Sequence record: SRR31156797_5435
Strand: one strand, 5' to 3'
Length of the DNA stretch: 64,000 bases
Below, one piece after another: positions 20,416-30,582 of this stretch (its first letter is position 1; each line of letters opens with the position of its first letter). The notes under the pieces are model-generated. The model saw only the letters and a list, made by a program, of their open reading frames with translations, searched no databases and had not been told where the DNA came from. The translations under genes were made by a program, and so were the position numbers.

Positions 20416-21823
20416 CTTCGACTCCTTGTTTCGACCAGTGCAATTGTTTAAATCTTTTCGGTGTGACGCCGAAAAATCGTTTGAAATTTTTGGTGAAATA
20501 CGATTGAGAAGAAAAACCCACTTGTTTGGCGATTTTTACGATCGGCAAATTGGTTGTCAAAAGTAGTTCCTTTGCTTTTTCCAAACGTTTTTCCGTGATA
20601 TATTCACTTAACAAACGACCAGTTAACGCTTTGAACGTTGCTGCCATATAATTTGGACTCAAAAAAACTTGTTCAGCAATCGTCTGATTGGTCAGATCCC
20701 CTGCCATTTGTTGCTCAATAATGCGATCGATTTTTTCAATGATCGACAAATGCGCCTGCTGGTCAAGGTTTTGATAATTGATCAGTAATTCCGCGAATAG
20801 TTGATACATTTTTTCTTCAATTTGGTCAAAGGTTGTTAAGGCCATGATTTCTTCTTGAAAGGGACGTTGCTCTTCTTCAGCAAGAAAGTTACTATACTCG
20901 TTAACTTTACGAAGGAGATTCATACAGGTCGTTTTCATCTCCTCAGCATCTAATCCGACAAACTGTTTTAATAACCGAAAAAAACTGGTCAATGTCTCTT
21001 GAATTTCACTTTGGCAAGACTGATGCAATGCCTCAACTAGCTTTCTTGAGGATTTATTGACTTCGTTGTTTCGCTCAAAACGAAATTGTCGCCATTTTTT
21101 TCTTTGTTGTTCAACACGCCAATACGTTAGATTCGTTCGTGACCAAAACGAGGCAATTGTCATCACCATCCGGGCTTCTTGATAGCTTTTTACTATATTA
21201 CCGTCACTACGATAACTACTATAAAACCCCTTTTGTCCAGATAAAATGATTCGCTCATACGTAAAATGAGTAAGTCTTAAAATAGAGATTCTATTGCCTT
21301 CCCATTCACCTTCGATCCCTTCACCTCCTGTAGGTATAAATCCTTCGGCATCCAAAACAGTAACGATTCCGGTATTTTTAATCAAGGGTATGATCTCCCG
21401 TTTGAAGAGAAGATCAATTGTGTGCCTTTGATGCTTACGCTTGTTTTCTATTTGTATTTCTTGCAAAAGCTTGATCAAAGCTTCTTCTAATTCCTTCTCA
21501 TCAATTGGCTTTAACAAATAGTTTTGAACGCCATGTTGAATCGCCTCTTGTGCGTAAGAAAATTCGCCAAAAGCGGATAATATAATGATTTTTGTTTCTG
21601 GAGCCTGTGTTTTGATTTTCTTTGCCAATGCAAGTCCGTCCATGATGGGCATCTGAATATCTGAAAGAACGATTTCAGGAGTGGTTTCTCTAAACATTGC
21701 TAATCCTTCTGCGCCATTTTTGGCTAATCCGACGATTTCAATCCCTAGATTTTGCCAATCAATCGATTGAGCGATGCCATCACGACTGATTTTTTCATCA
21801 TCGACAATCAAACAGCGATACAT
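20390..21823 (-). CDS. Two-component response regulator, REC+AraC (YesN-like)
   Basis: 'LIVDDE', 'SDIQMPIMDG', 'YLLKP', C-terminal AraC HTH. Confidence 0.92.
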   Translation of the reverse strand: MYRCLIVDDEKISRDGIAQSIDWQNLGIEIVGLAKNGAEGLAMFRETTPEIVLSDIQMPIMDGLALAKKIKTQAPETKIIILSAFGEFSYAQEAIQHGVQNYLLKPIDEKELEEALIKLLQEIQIENKRKHQRHTIDLLFKREIIPLIKNTGIVTVLDAEGFIPTGGEGIEGEWEGNRISILRLTHFTYERIILSGQKGFYSSYRSDGNIVKSYQEARMVMTIASFWSRTNLTYWRVEQQRKKWRQFRFERNNEVNKSSRKLVEALHQSCQSEIQETLTSFFRLLKQFVGLDAEEMKTTCMNLLRKVNEYSNFLAEEEQRPFQEEIMALTTFDQIEEKMYQLFAELLINYQNLDQQAHLSIIEKIDRIIEQQMAGDLTNQTIAEQVFLSPNYMAATFKALTGRLLSEYITEKRLEKAKELLLTTNLPIVKIAKQVGFSSQSYFTKNFKRFFGVTPKRFKQLHWSKQGVEDEKESNYL

Positions 21824-21826
21824 CCG

Positions 21827-22435
21827 TTACGCCTCCTTCGAAAGCTGTTTTTTCCAACGGTTGAGCAAAATCGTCGTTGTAAGATATAAAGGGAGTGAAA
21901 AACTCAGAATCGGAATGATCCCTGGTATGAGTAAACTTAATACCAAGACAGCACTGTAACTAACGATGATTTTGATTGAAGAAAACTGCCAGAATAAAGG
22001 TAATAAAAAAGCATTTTTAAGTAGCGCTTTTGTGGATAACGAAAAATGTACTTCATTCAATGAAAAATAAGGTACGACCAGAACGAGTAAATAGAGCAAA
22101 CTAAGGTACGCCGCTCTTTCTAACAGCAAAGAATTTTGTATAAATAAAACCCTACTGAACAGTAAACCTGTACAAATCAGAGACAATAGGAGCGAAAGCC
22201 AGAAGAATTTTTTGATATTCTTTAGGTAGCAATACCACGCTTCTTTTAGCCATGAAAACTCATTTTCTGAAACGAGAGCCTTACGAAAAACTGCTACAAG
22301 TGAGATCGTTGCTGGTAAAGCGCCAAAAACCCCTCCACCTAATAGGACAAAAAATAACCAACAGAGATTCATCGCTACCAAACGACTAAATAAAAGCGTC
22401 GTTTCATAGAGCCAAGCAGCCCAATTCTCTTTCAC
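21827..22435 (-). CDS. YesL/DUF624 membrane protein
   Basis: 'NLCWLFFVLLGGGVFGALPAT' signature; GTG start 22435 after GGAGGTG. Confidence 0.8.
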   Translation of the reverse strand: MKENWAAWLYETTLLFSRLVAMNLCWLFFVLLGGGVFGALPATISLVAVFRKALVSENEFSWLKEAWYCYLKNIKKFFWLSLLLSLICTGLLFSRVLFIQNSLLLERAAYLSLLYLLVLVVPYFSLNEVHFSLSTKALLKNAFLLPLFWQFSSIKIIVSYSAVLVLSLLIPGIIPILSFSLPLYLTTTILLNRWKKQLSKEA

Positions 22436-22507
22436 CTCTTCATCACCTCCATAATGAGGAGGATCACCAAACAAATAGACCTTTCTAAGAGTGATCCTCA
22501 AAATGAT

Positions 22508-24190
22508 TTAACGTGCTGCGAACCATGCTTGAGCGATCGTTTGCTCAGATTCTACACAACGGTCGTATCCTAGATTTTTCGCTTTCTCAATCATTTCATT
22601 CTTTAAGCTATCAAATGTTTCATCATCTCGGGCATAGATCATTTGCCATGAGTATTCTTTAATGACTGCACCTACTTGATTGTAGGTCAAGTCTAGTTCA
22701 TCCCCTCGCTCAACTAATGGAACATCTGCGATATCGTAAGATGCTAGCAAGCCATTTTCAAGCAAGTATTCTTTTGAATTTAGCGCACCATCGTGATCTT
22801 CTGTCCACTGTTTATCTAACTCTGTCGCACTTTCTAAAAGCGTCGTTTCCCAAACGGAACGATTTGCTGGTTCGTTCAAAATTGGGCTTACGGATTGTTG
22901 ATCCACACTTGGTCCATTGACTAATTTTTTGAACGTCTCTGATAAAGCACCGCCACCTGCTTCTTCTGGTGCCTGTGCTTCCCAGCTGCCGCTGCCTAAT
23001 TCTGTGAGATAGGGTTTGCCATCATCATTGATATCCCACATGATTCCTTGAGGACCGTTTTCCCAGAACAAATGTCCTTCATCAGAATATAGGAAGTCCA
23101 AAAGTTCTAATGCTTTGTCTTTGTTCTTTGCATTCTTACTAACCGCCCAGAACCAGTTGTTCCCGTAGGTCGTCGTTTTTTGATCCGCTACTAGAAGGTC
23201 ATTGTTTGGTACTAGCTTGTACCCTTTGCCTTGACTGGTTAATTCGGGATTGACGGGATTAAAATTCAGTTCGCCAGTGTAGCCCCATGGCATGATCGCC
23301 GATTGTCCTTTTTCCGCCTTCTTTAAATAGTCCTCCCATGTCTGTGAAGCAGAATCGGGATCTAGCAATCCTTTTTTATGCAGATCATTCGCCCATTTCA
23401 ACGCTTGCAGATACAGACTATCTTCACTCAAAATATCTTCATAACTATCATCAAGGACAGACACGTTGATGAACTCATAGCGATTTACACCATCAGTATC
23501 AGTATAACCTTGAGATTTTGCTATACTACGCAATTGGTTGACACTATTTCCATCCCATTCGCTGAACAAGGAAAGAGCATAAAATTTATCTCCATTTTCA
23601 GTTTCAGGATGTGCCTCGACCATTTGCTCTGCCAAAACCCCGTAATCCCAATACGTTTCAATTTCTGGACTGCCTAATTCTTTATAATAATCATAACGCA
23701 TTGACGGCAACCAGGTCGGATTTGTTTTGGTTACTTCTGCTTCTTGGGAAACGGTGGTTGGTATGCCGTACAATCCCTCAAAAATAGTCTCAGCTCGAGC
23801 TACGGCGTCCTCAAAACGGGTAACATTCGGCAGTTTCTCCTTATACTCAGTCAAATCCTCGATAATACCAGCCGTTTTTGCTCGATTCAAATCCTTTTGA
23901 GTTGTAAAAACGATCAAATCCCCCAATTCCCCAGTAGTCAAACGCGTCTCTAATCGACTTGTCCCTCCGACACTGTTAGGAATCACATTTACATTGACGC
24001 CCAATTCATCTTGAAGATATTTCCCTACGTACCCTCTGATCTCTCCCTCATAGGTACTTGACATTGAATAAATCGATACATCCTGAGCACCTTGAGGCTC
24101 ATCACTGCTTTCGTTGTTGCTACCGCACGCTGCTGTCCCCACTAACAATCCACCTAGCATTAATGCTTTCCCAGTCTTTTTTAAATCCAT
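22508..24190 (-). CDS. ABC transporter sugar-binding lipoprotein
   Basis: Lipobox 'TAAC', 'RYDYYKELG', 'LLDFLYSDEG'. Confidence 0.9.
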   Translation of the reverse strand: MDLKKTGKALMLGGLLVGTAACGSNNESSDEPQGAQDVSIYSMSSTYEGEIRGYVGKYLQDELGVNVNVIPNSVGGTSRLETRLTTGELGDLIVFTTQKDLNRAKTAGIIEDLTEYKEKLPNVTRFEDAVARAETIFEGLYGIPTTVSQEAEVTKTNPTWLPSMRYDYYKELGSPEIETYWDYGVLAEQMVEAHPETENGDKFYALSLFSEWDGNSVNQLRSIAKSQGYTDTDGVNRYEFINVSVLDDSYEDILSEDSLYLQALKWANDLHKKGLLDPDSASQTWEDYLKKAEKGQSAIMPWGYTGELNFNPVNPELTSQGKGYKLVPNNDLLVADQKTTTYGNNWFWAVSKNAKNKDKALELLDFLYSDEGHLFWENGPQGIMWDINDDGKPYLTELGSGSWEAQAPEEAGGGALSETFKKLVNGPSVDQQSVSPILNEPANRSVWETTLLESATELDKQWTEDHDGALNSKEYLLENGLLASYDIADVPLVERGDELDLTYNQVGAVIKEYSWQMIYARDDETFDSLKNEMIEKAKNLGYDRCVESEQTIAQAWFAAR

Positions 24191-24210
24191 TCTCTTTCCT
24201 CCTAATTTTT

Positions 24211-25146
24211 TTATCCTTTGACCGCTCCAATCGTTATTCCTTTAACAAAGAAACGTTGAAAGAACGGGTAAATGGCAAATATTGGTAAAACGACCATCAT
24301 TGTTACCGTTAATTTGACAGACTGAGCTGTCTGCGCCGTAGCAGCAACTTGATCAATAGAGATATTTCCCGAATTGATTTCATTCGCTAACGCTGTGGAC
24401 TGTGTCAAATAACGGTAAAGCACATACTGCAAGGTATGTAAATCCTCACGCGTTACATAAATCACTGTATCCATAAAACTATTCCATTGTCCAACTGCGC
24501 TGAAGATGGCCAAAGTGGCTAAAATCGGCACCATTAGTGGCAAAGCGATTTTGAAAAACATCGTGATGATCCCAGCACCGTCCATCTCTGCCGATTCCTG
24601 CAAAGAACTTGGAATACTAGACTCGATATACGTTTTAACTAAAACAATGTTGTAAGCTGAAACCATACCCGGAATGACGTAAACGAGAAAGTTATCCAAT
24701 AAACCTAAGTAATTGAATAACATATAGACGGGAATCGTCCCCGCGCTGACATACATCGTTGAAATAATAAAACGGTAAACAAATTTGCGCCCCGTCATTT
24801 TTTGTTGGGTCATCATAAAGCCAAGAAATCCTGAACATAAGACAGTCAACGTCGTCCCAATAACGGTCCGAGCGACGCTGATGATAAATGCATTTGTGAT
24901 ATTTGGGATCTCCAAAATTTGTTTATAATTTTGAAAATGAATGTCTTTAGGTATAAACAAGACTTCCCCCATTGCACTCAACTGATTGTCACTGATCGTA
25001 TTGATAAAAATATAGTAAAATGGGTAAGCACACAAAAACATGAAAAGAAAAAAGAATAAGATATTGAAGAAATTAAATACTCGTTCACCTATCGACAACG
25101 TATCTTTTACTGAATAGGCTTTATTTTTATTACTAATAGCTGCCAT
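24211..25146 (-). CDS. Carbohydrate ABC permease (LplC-like)
   Basis: 'SLQESAEMDGA', 'YPFFQRFFVKGITIGAVKG'. Confidence 0.92.
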   Translation of the reverse strand: MAAISNKNKAYSVKDTLSIGERVFNFFNILFFFLFMFLCAYPFYYIFINTISDNQLSAMGEVLFIPKDIHFQNYKQILEIPNITNAFIISVARTVIGTTLTVLCSGFLGFMMTQQKMTGRKFVYRFIISTMYVSAGTIPVYMLFNYLGLLDNFLVYVIPGMVSAYNIVLVKTYIESSIPSSLQESAEMDGAGIITMFFKIALPLMVPILATLAIFSAVGQWNSFMDTVIYVTREDLHTLQYVLYRYLTQSTALANEINSGNISIDQVAATAQTAQSVKLTVTMMVVLPIFAIYPFFQRFFVKGITIGAVKG

Positions 25147-25158
25147 ACTGTACTCCCC

Positions 25159-26094
25159 CTAGAAGATCGATTCACCGCGAACGGTTTTTGACAAACGGTT
25201 AACTGAATAGAATAAAATCAAACTGACGACCGTTTTCAAAATACTGACAACCGTTGCTAATGAGAAGTTCCCTTGACCGATCCCGATGTTGTACGTATAT
25301 AGATCTAGTACTTCTAGAGAACTTTTCGTCATCGCATTAGAGAAAACGAAATACTGTTCCATTCCAGTATTGATCATGTTGGCAACACTCATCATGAGTA
25401 AAACGAAAAAGGTTGGCAACAAACCCGGAATCGTGATATGAAGAACTTTTTTCAAACGATTCGCGCCATCTATACTGGCAGCTTCATACAATTCTTGATC
25501 GATCCCATTGATCGCCGCTAAGTACATAATGGCGCTCCAACCGATGCCCTTCCATACCCCTAAAGCCGTCATTTTCAGCCACATATGACTGTTATCTAGC
25601 AAAAAATTGATTGGTGTATCAATAAATCCCCAGTCAACCAATAGATTATTGATGACCCCATTATCAACTGATAAAAAGGCAAAAACTAAAGAATAAACCA
25701 AAACCCAACTGACAAAATGTGGCGCAGTCGTCATGGTTTGAATGAGCCGTCTTAGTTTACTGCTTCTGATTTCGTATAATAAAATGGCAAAAAACATTGG
25801 TAACACACTAGTTGCTAACCCTAAAAAGCTCATACCTAGTGTGTTTTTCATCACGCGTATGATGATATTCACTTGTTCTCTGGAAGAGATCAACATTCGA
25901 AACCATTTGAATCCTACAAATGGCATATCTGCCAAAGAAGCACCGGGTGAATAATCAATAAAAGCTAAATACCAGCCCAACATCGGCAAATACCCAAAAA
26001 CTAGAACAACTAGCAAAAAGGGCAACACCCAGTACAATAGCTTATTTCCAGTGGAAAAACAGCTCTTCTTTCTTTTAATGGTTGCTGTACTCAT
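25159..26094 (-). CDS. Carbohydrate ABC permease (LplB-like)
   Basis: 'PHFVSWV', 'ELYEAASIDGA'. Confidence 0.92.
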   Translation of the reverse strand: MSTATIKRKKSCFSTGNKLLYWVLPFLLVVLVFGYLPMLGWYLAFIDYSPGASLADMPFVGFKWFRMLISSREQVNIIIRVMKNTLGMSFLGLATSVLPMFFAILLYEIRSSKLRRLIQTMTTAPHFVSWVLVYSLVFAFLSVDNGVINNLLVDWGFIDTPINFLLDNSHMWLKMTALGVWKGIGWSAIMYLAAINGIDQELYEAASIDGANRLKKVLHITIPGLLPTFFVLLMMSVANMINTGMEQYFVFSNAMTKSSLEVLDLYTYNIGIGQGNFSLATVVSILKTVVSLILFYSVNRLSKTVRGESIF

Positions 26095-26120
26095 TTAAAA
26101 ACCTCCTTCTAAAGCTCTTT

Positions 26121-26134
26121 AGTAAACGCTTTCT
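26121..26134 (-). promoter_or_regulatory. Putative cre (CcpA) site
   Basis: AGAAAGCGTTTACT just downstream of TATAAT (26143-26148, minus strand). Confidence 0.55.
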
Positions 26135-26164
26135 TATATAGGATTATACGATTTGAGAAGGATT

Positions 26165-26203
26165 GAAAACTGGTAATATTCACCGAAAATGGTAATATCT
26201 ACC
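26165..26203. repeat. Tandem 20/19-bp direct repeat, candidate response-regulator site
   Basis: GAAAACTGGTAATATTCACC followed by GAAAATGGTAATATCTACC, overlapping the expected -35 region. Confidence 0.6.
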
Positions 26204-26222
26204 ACAATAAAATGGTTTGATC

Positions 26223-27884
26223 CTAAAGCACGCTCTTATTCAACTCAATTTGAAACACACTTCCTTCCCCTTGTTTTGAAAAGAATTCTACCCTCACCTG
26301 ATCCCCATAAGAAGATTTCAAGATATTGATGATGGATTGCAAGGAAAAGCCTCCCTTTTTTAGCTCTAATTGTTCCCCGCTGCGAATTTTCTCTACTATC
26401 TCTGGCGAGGCACCCGCGCCATTATCTGCGACTAGAAGGATTAACGTTTCCTCTTTTTTAGCAACAGTAACTTTGATTTTCCCTTGACCTTTTACATAGA
26501 TACCATGCTGAAAAGCATTCTCTGCTATGGGTTGTAAAATTCGATGAAGAATTTGAATCGACTCTACATCGATTTCAGGATCAACAGCAATCTCATAGTC
26601 AAGTTGATCTGCAAAGCGTAATCGTTGAATGGATAAGTAATGTTTCACTAAATCTAATTCCTCTTTTAAAGAAACGAAGTTTTTTCCTTTCGCTAAAATG
26701 AGTCGATAGTACTGAGCGAGATCGTTCGTTATTTGAACGACTTGCTCTGTCTCACCTGCTTTTGCACACCAAGAAATGATTGCTAACGTATTGTATAAAA
26801 AATGGGGTTGAATCTGTGCTTGAAATTTACTCAACTGCGCCTTTCTTTTCAAGGCTTCATCTGATTTGATCTTAAGCAGAAGATTTTCTAAATCTTCAAT
26901 CATTTTATTAAAGGTTGCTTCTAGTTGACCAATTTCATCATTACTCGAAATGGCGATTTTGTGCGGTAATTGCTGACCATTCGTCAATTTCATTTTTTCG
27001 CATAACCTTCGAATCGGAGAAACGAGCCATTTATAGAAGATATTCGTAAAAACGATCATCATACTAAGCAAAAAAATAATCAAAAGGAAATTGCTATTCA
27101 GAAAATCCTTTAACGACACACGAAAATTCTCTTTCGCATAAAAAGTCAGCAACTGCCACTGATTTTTTAATGGAACTTCCTGAATCAAGTAATTTTCCTT
27201 ATCTTGGTGATCAGCAAACAGCAATGGATCATAGATCACTGCTCCGGTAGCATCTAAAATAGAGAACCCACTTTGATTGTCGAGATTTTCATTCACCGAT
27301 TGGAAAAGAAAAAGAGGATTGACATACAGATTGATCCAGCCCTTTTTCCGCTGATTCGATTCAAAAGGATTGATTGGAAAATGATAATATAATTGCTGAT
27401 CTTGATCCAAATACCAACCGAAGGTCAAAGGATCTTCCTGATACAGCTGATGATCAGTGACCATGCTTTTAGATGAAACAGTATATTGAAGGTCGTACAG
27501 CTGTATCTGTATACTTGCCAGTGTCGGGGTGGTAGAAAGAAGTTTGCGTATAAGAGGAATGACGGTCGTCTGAAAATCAAAAGAAGGCTGATCGTTGATC
27601 GTCCTTTCGGAAACATATCTTTGTAAAAAATTGACAAACTCATTGTCTGAAACCAGCTCGATGCCTAACTCTTCGATCGATTCAATTCCTACATTAAAAT
27701 TCGTCTGATTTTTTTCACTGGCATTCTTTAATAAAAGTTCTCCTTGGTCCAACAGTACTCGCTGCGATTGAAGATAAAGATAAGTAGATAATATGAGAAA
27801 AAACGTGAGAAACAAGCTACTTAAACTAACGATCATTTTTTTGAGCAAAGACTGCTGTCGGATTAATTCAAAAAGTTTATTCAT
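26223..27884 (-). CDS. Sensor histidine kinase (YesM-like)
   Basis: Two TMs, HAMP 'DEIGQL', 'QAQIQPHFLYNTL', 'QPIAENAFQHG', 'DNGAG'. Confidence 0.92.
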   Translation of the reverse strand: MNKLFELIRQQSLLKKMIVSLSSLFLTFFLILSTYLYLQSQRVLLDQGELLLKNASEKNQTNFNVGIESIEELGIELVSDNEFVNFLQRYVSERTINDQPSFDFQTTVIPLIRKLLSTTPTLASIQIQLYDLQYTVSSKSMVTDHQLYQEDPLTFGWYLDQDQQLYYHFPINPFESNQRKKGWINLYVNPLFLFQSVNENLDNQSGFSILDATGAVIYDPLLFADHQDKENYLIQEVPLKNQWQLLTFYAKENFRVSLKDFLNSNFLLIIFLLSMMIVFTNIFYKWLVSPIRRLCEKMKLTNGQQLPHKIAISSNDEIGQLEATFNKMIEDLENLLLKIKSDEALKRKAQLSKFQAQIQPHFLYNTLAIISWCAKAGETEQVVQITNDLAQYYRLILAKGKNFVSLKEELDLVKHYLSIQRLRFADQLDYEIAVDPEIDVESIQILHRILQPIAENAFQHGIYVKGQGKIKVTVAKKEETLILLVADNGAGASPEIVEKIRSGEQLELKKGGFSLQSIINILKSSYGDQVRVEFFSKQGEGSVFQIELNKSVL

Positions 27885-27907
27885 TTGTAATCTCCTCTCC
27901 GACAAAA

Positions 27908-27921
27908 AGTAGGCGCTTACA
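27908..27921 (-). promoter_or_regulatory. Putative cre site
   Basis: TGTAAGCGCCTACT upstream of the kinase RBS. Confidence 0.45.
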
Positions 27922-28191
27922 CAATTGTTATCGCCATTTGACTACTCTGTTCCTGCGTGATTCTGAGTTCATGATACTCGATCATTATTCATACGATCTT
28001 CTTTTGCTCCTCAAGGCTTTTCATTCTTTGAAAAAAGGCACAGACTATGGGCAATCTGGCGCTGCTCATTCATTCTGTGCCCGTCTTTCTTTTATTTTGT
28101 CTTTCATGCTATCTCGTTCTATCCTTGAACAAAACGAGCGAACAATGAATGAATCGCTTAAGCAAAACCCGCTGATTCACTTTACGCCCTC

Positions 28192-29775
28192 TCACGAATG
28201 GCTTTCCGTGTAAGTAAAGAAATCAAAATCTGCGTAGGATCGATGATTATCCATGTCTTGTGCACAGATACCTACCATTGCGCCGGTAAAAGCTAGTTTC
28301 CCGTTTTCTTTGATAAAATCACTACTTAATTGGGCAGCTGAGACCGGATCACCAATCATTTGCCATGGTTCATCCCCGACAGCATATGAAAACTGTGCCC
28401 ATTCATGATCCACTTCCACTGCTAAATGAATGGCAAGATTCGGTTGGATAACTAATCGTTCTGAAGCATATTGAAACTGATTGATCGCATCTGTTTCTAA
28501 TTGGATATATTTTTCTTTGGTTTCCTCATCGTAGGAAACATGCAGGTAATGCCAATTATCTGTATCAAAAAATAAGGTCAAACCTGCTAATTGTTGAAAC
28601 GACTGTGGTTCAAATTCCATTTTGGTTTCTACGCGAAAGGCAAAATGCTGCCAACGTCTGGCAATCAACGTCTGACGATGCAAACTCGTTATACTTTGTT
28701 GACCGTAAAGACGTAAATACCCTTTTCTTTCTGAAAGTGAGCACTGGCTGCCAATTGGCTGTCGAAGACTTTTAAAGTAACTTGGCAAAGTCGGCTCATC
28801 AAAATCTGTCCGAGAACTATGGTCTTTTTTTTGAATGACTTCTTTTGCAATACTTGGTTCATCAATCAAACGTTCTGGTGCTGAGGTACCAGTAGCTAAA
28901 CGAGGCCAGCCATCGATCCACTCTATTTTTTGAAGGGCGGTTTCCCGACCTAATGGACAATAGCCACGCTCCGTCAATGGGCGTGCACAAATGTGAACGA
29001 TATACCATTCATCAGCCGATACTTGAACAAAAGAAGCATGACCACTTTTTTGTAACGGATTTTTCGGATCATTTTTGGTTGTTAAAAAAGGATGATACGG
29101 TGAAAGCTCATATGGACCCATCACCTGTTTTGCTCGACATACTGTCGCAGCGTGACTATAATCGGTTCCACCAGCAGCTGCTAGTAAATAATACCAACCA
29201 TCTTTTTTTAGGATCTGTGGCCCCTCACAGACCCCTAGATCTGTTCCTTCAAAGAATTTTTTTCTTTCCCCCACCAAAGATTTTGTAGCTAAATCGAATT
29301 CCTGCATCACAAGACCAGCAAACCGTTTCTTTTCCAAACGATGGTCAAAAAGCATACTCATTAGATAATGTTTTCCATCATCATCATGAAAAAATGCCGG
29401 ATCAAATCCACTGGCAGTGACAAAGACAGGTTCACTCCAAGGTCCAGTAATTTCTTTTGCCGATAGCACATAATTCAGTGTGTCTTTGAATGCCGTTCCT
29501 GTTTTCACATCAGTGATCAACAACCAAAATTGCCCTTCGGAGTAGCTTAAGTGTGGCGCCCAAATACTACCGGAATTTAGATTGCCCACTAAGCTAACAG
29601 TGGTCTCGCCTTGTAACGGCTGAGCAACAAGCGTCCAATTTACTAAATCAGATGAATGATAGATTTCAACACCGGGCATCCATTCAAACGTTGACGTTGC
29701 TAGATAATAATCAGATCCGACTTTGACTACACTGGCGTCAGGATTAAATCCTCTAAGTATTGGATTTTCTATCAT
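28192..29775 (-). CDS. GH43 beta-xylosidase/arabinofuranosidase (XynB-like, with C-terminal beta-sandwich)
   Basis: 'NPILRGFNPD', 'ATSTFEW', 'IWAP', 'GFDP', 'EGP', 'LGRET', 'RRWQHF'. Confidence 0.9.
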   Translation of the reverse strand: MIENPILRGFNPDASVVKVGSDYYLATSTFEWMPGVEIYHSSDLVNWTLVAQPLQGETTVSLVGNLNSGSIWAPHLSYSEGQFWLLITDVKTGTAFKDTLNYVLSAKEITGPWSEPVFVTASGFDPAFFHDDDGKHYLMSMLFDHRLEKKRFAGLVMQEFDLATKSLVGERKKFFEGTDLGVCEGPQILKKDGWYYLLAAAGGTDYSHAATVCRAKQVMGPYELSPYHPFLTTKNDPKNPLQKSGHASFVQVSADEWYIVHICARPLTERGYCPLGRETALQKIEWIDGWPRLATGTSAPERLIDEPSIAKEVIQKKDHSSRTDFDEPTLPSYFKSLRQPIGSQCSLSERKGYLRLYGQQSITSLHRQTLIARRWQHFAFRVETKMEFEPQSFQQLAGLTLFFDTDNWHYLHVSYDEETKEKYIQLETDAINQFQYASERLVIQPNLAIHLAVEVDHEWAQFSYAVGDEPWQMIGDPVSAAQLSSDFIKENGKLAFTGAMVGICAQDMDNHRSYADFDFFTYTESHS

Positions 29776-30581
29776 TTGCTTTCCTCCTGGTGACATTCAG
29801 TGCCATAAATTTCAATTTGTGTTAGCGCTGGAAAGGGTGATTCATCATGATGCTTAATCAATTCCTTTAACAAAATTGAGGAAGTACGGATTTTGGTAAA
29901 GCTGAAATATTGACGATCGAGTTGATTCGTTGGTTTCAGGATTTCTTGTTGTCCGTTGGAAAATTCGAGTGTCACTTGCGTCCAGTAACTATCATGAGGA
30001 TAGTCTCCTCTAAGAACCAAAGCGATTTTGTCGATCTCAACGTTGCGACCAAAATCGATCGTCAATTGCGCGTCCGCTTGTTGATTGATGCCCCATGATT
30101 GATATGGAAAAGACCCGTGGTTCTCGTTGGCGATCATGCCATCGATCGCATTTCTTGCAAAAAATGTCGAATCATTTCTAGTTTCCACATTGGCATAAGC
30201 ATGAGGATAGGCGCCACTATGATTCTTTTGATCATGGGCATTCACTGCCAAATTTCGATAGGCGTTGATTTCGTATTCTTTTGCTAACCAGGCGTGTAGA
30301 TAATGGCGTTTTCCTGAAAATAATTTAGGCGAATACGCTCGCCGTAGCGTGTCTTCTGTAATGATTGGAAAGATCCATTCACTTTCTTTCAAATAAACCA
30401 GACTTGGTGCAAGTGCCTCATCCACTTGCAGCCAGACGAATAGTGGCGCTTTCGTCGTCGTAAGCATAATTTTCTCACCGGCTTGATAAGTCCGATCTTT
30501 AAATGCAAGATAAACTTCTTCTGAGTGGGTATGTTCCTCGATCGTGTGCCCCTCATGATCAATTAGTTTTAGTGTCAGCAT
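29772..30581 (-). CDS. Conserved cytoplasmic carbohydrate-binding-like protein (galactose-binding/discoidin fold)
   Basis: 'FFARNAIDG', 'SWG', 'LTIDFGR', 'PALTQIEIYG'; no signal peptide. Confidence 0.65.
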   Translation of the reverse strand: MLTLKLIDHEGHTIEEHTHSEEVYLAFKDRTYQAGEKIMLTTTKAPLFVWLQVDEALAPSLVYLKESEWIFPIITEDTLRRAYSPKLFSGKRHYLHAWLAKEYEINAYRNLAVNAHDQKNHSGAYPHAYANVETRNDSTFFARNAIDGMIANENHGSFPYQSWGINQQADAQLTIDFGRNVEIDKIALVLRGDYPHDSYWTQVTLEFSNGQQEILKPTNQLDRQYFSFTKIRTSSILLKELIKHHDESPFPALTQIEIYGTECHQEESK

Positions 30582-30582
30582 A

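Noticed and set aside
27938-28213. 91-aa plus-strand ORF in the GH43-kinase intergenic region
   Set aside because: TTG start without RBS; spans a probable terminator hairpin (GGCACAGA...TCTGTGCC) and the kinase promoter region
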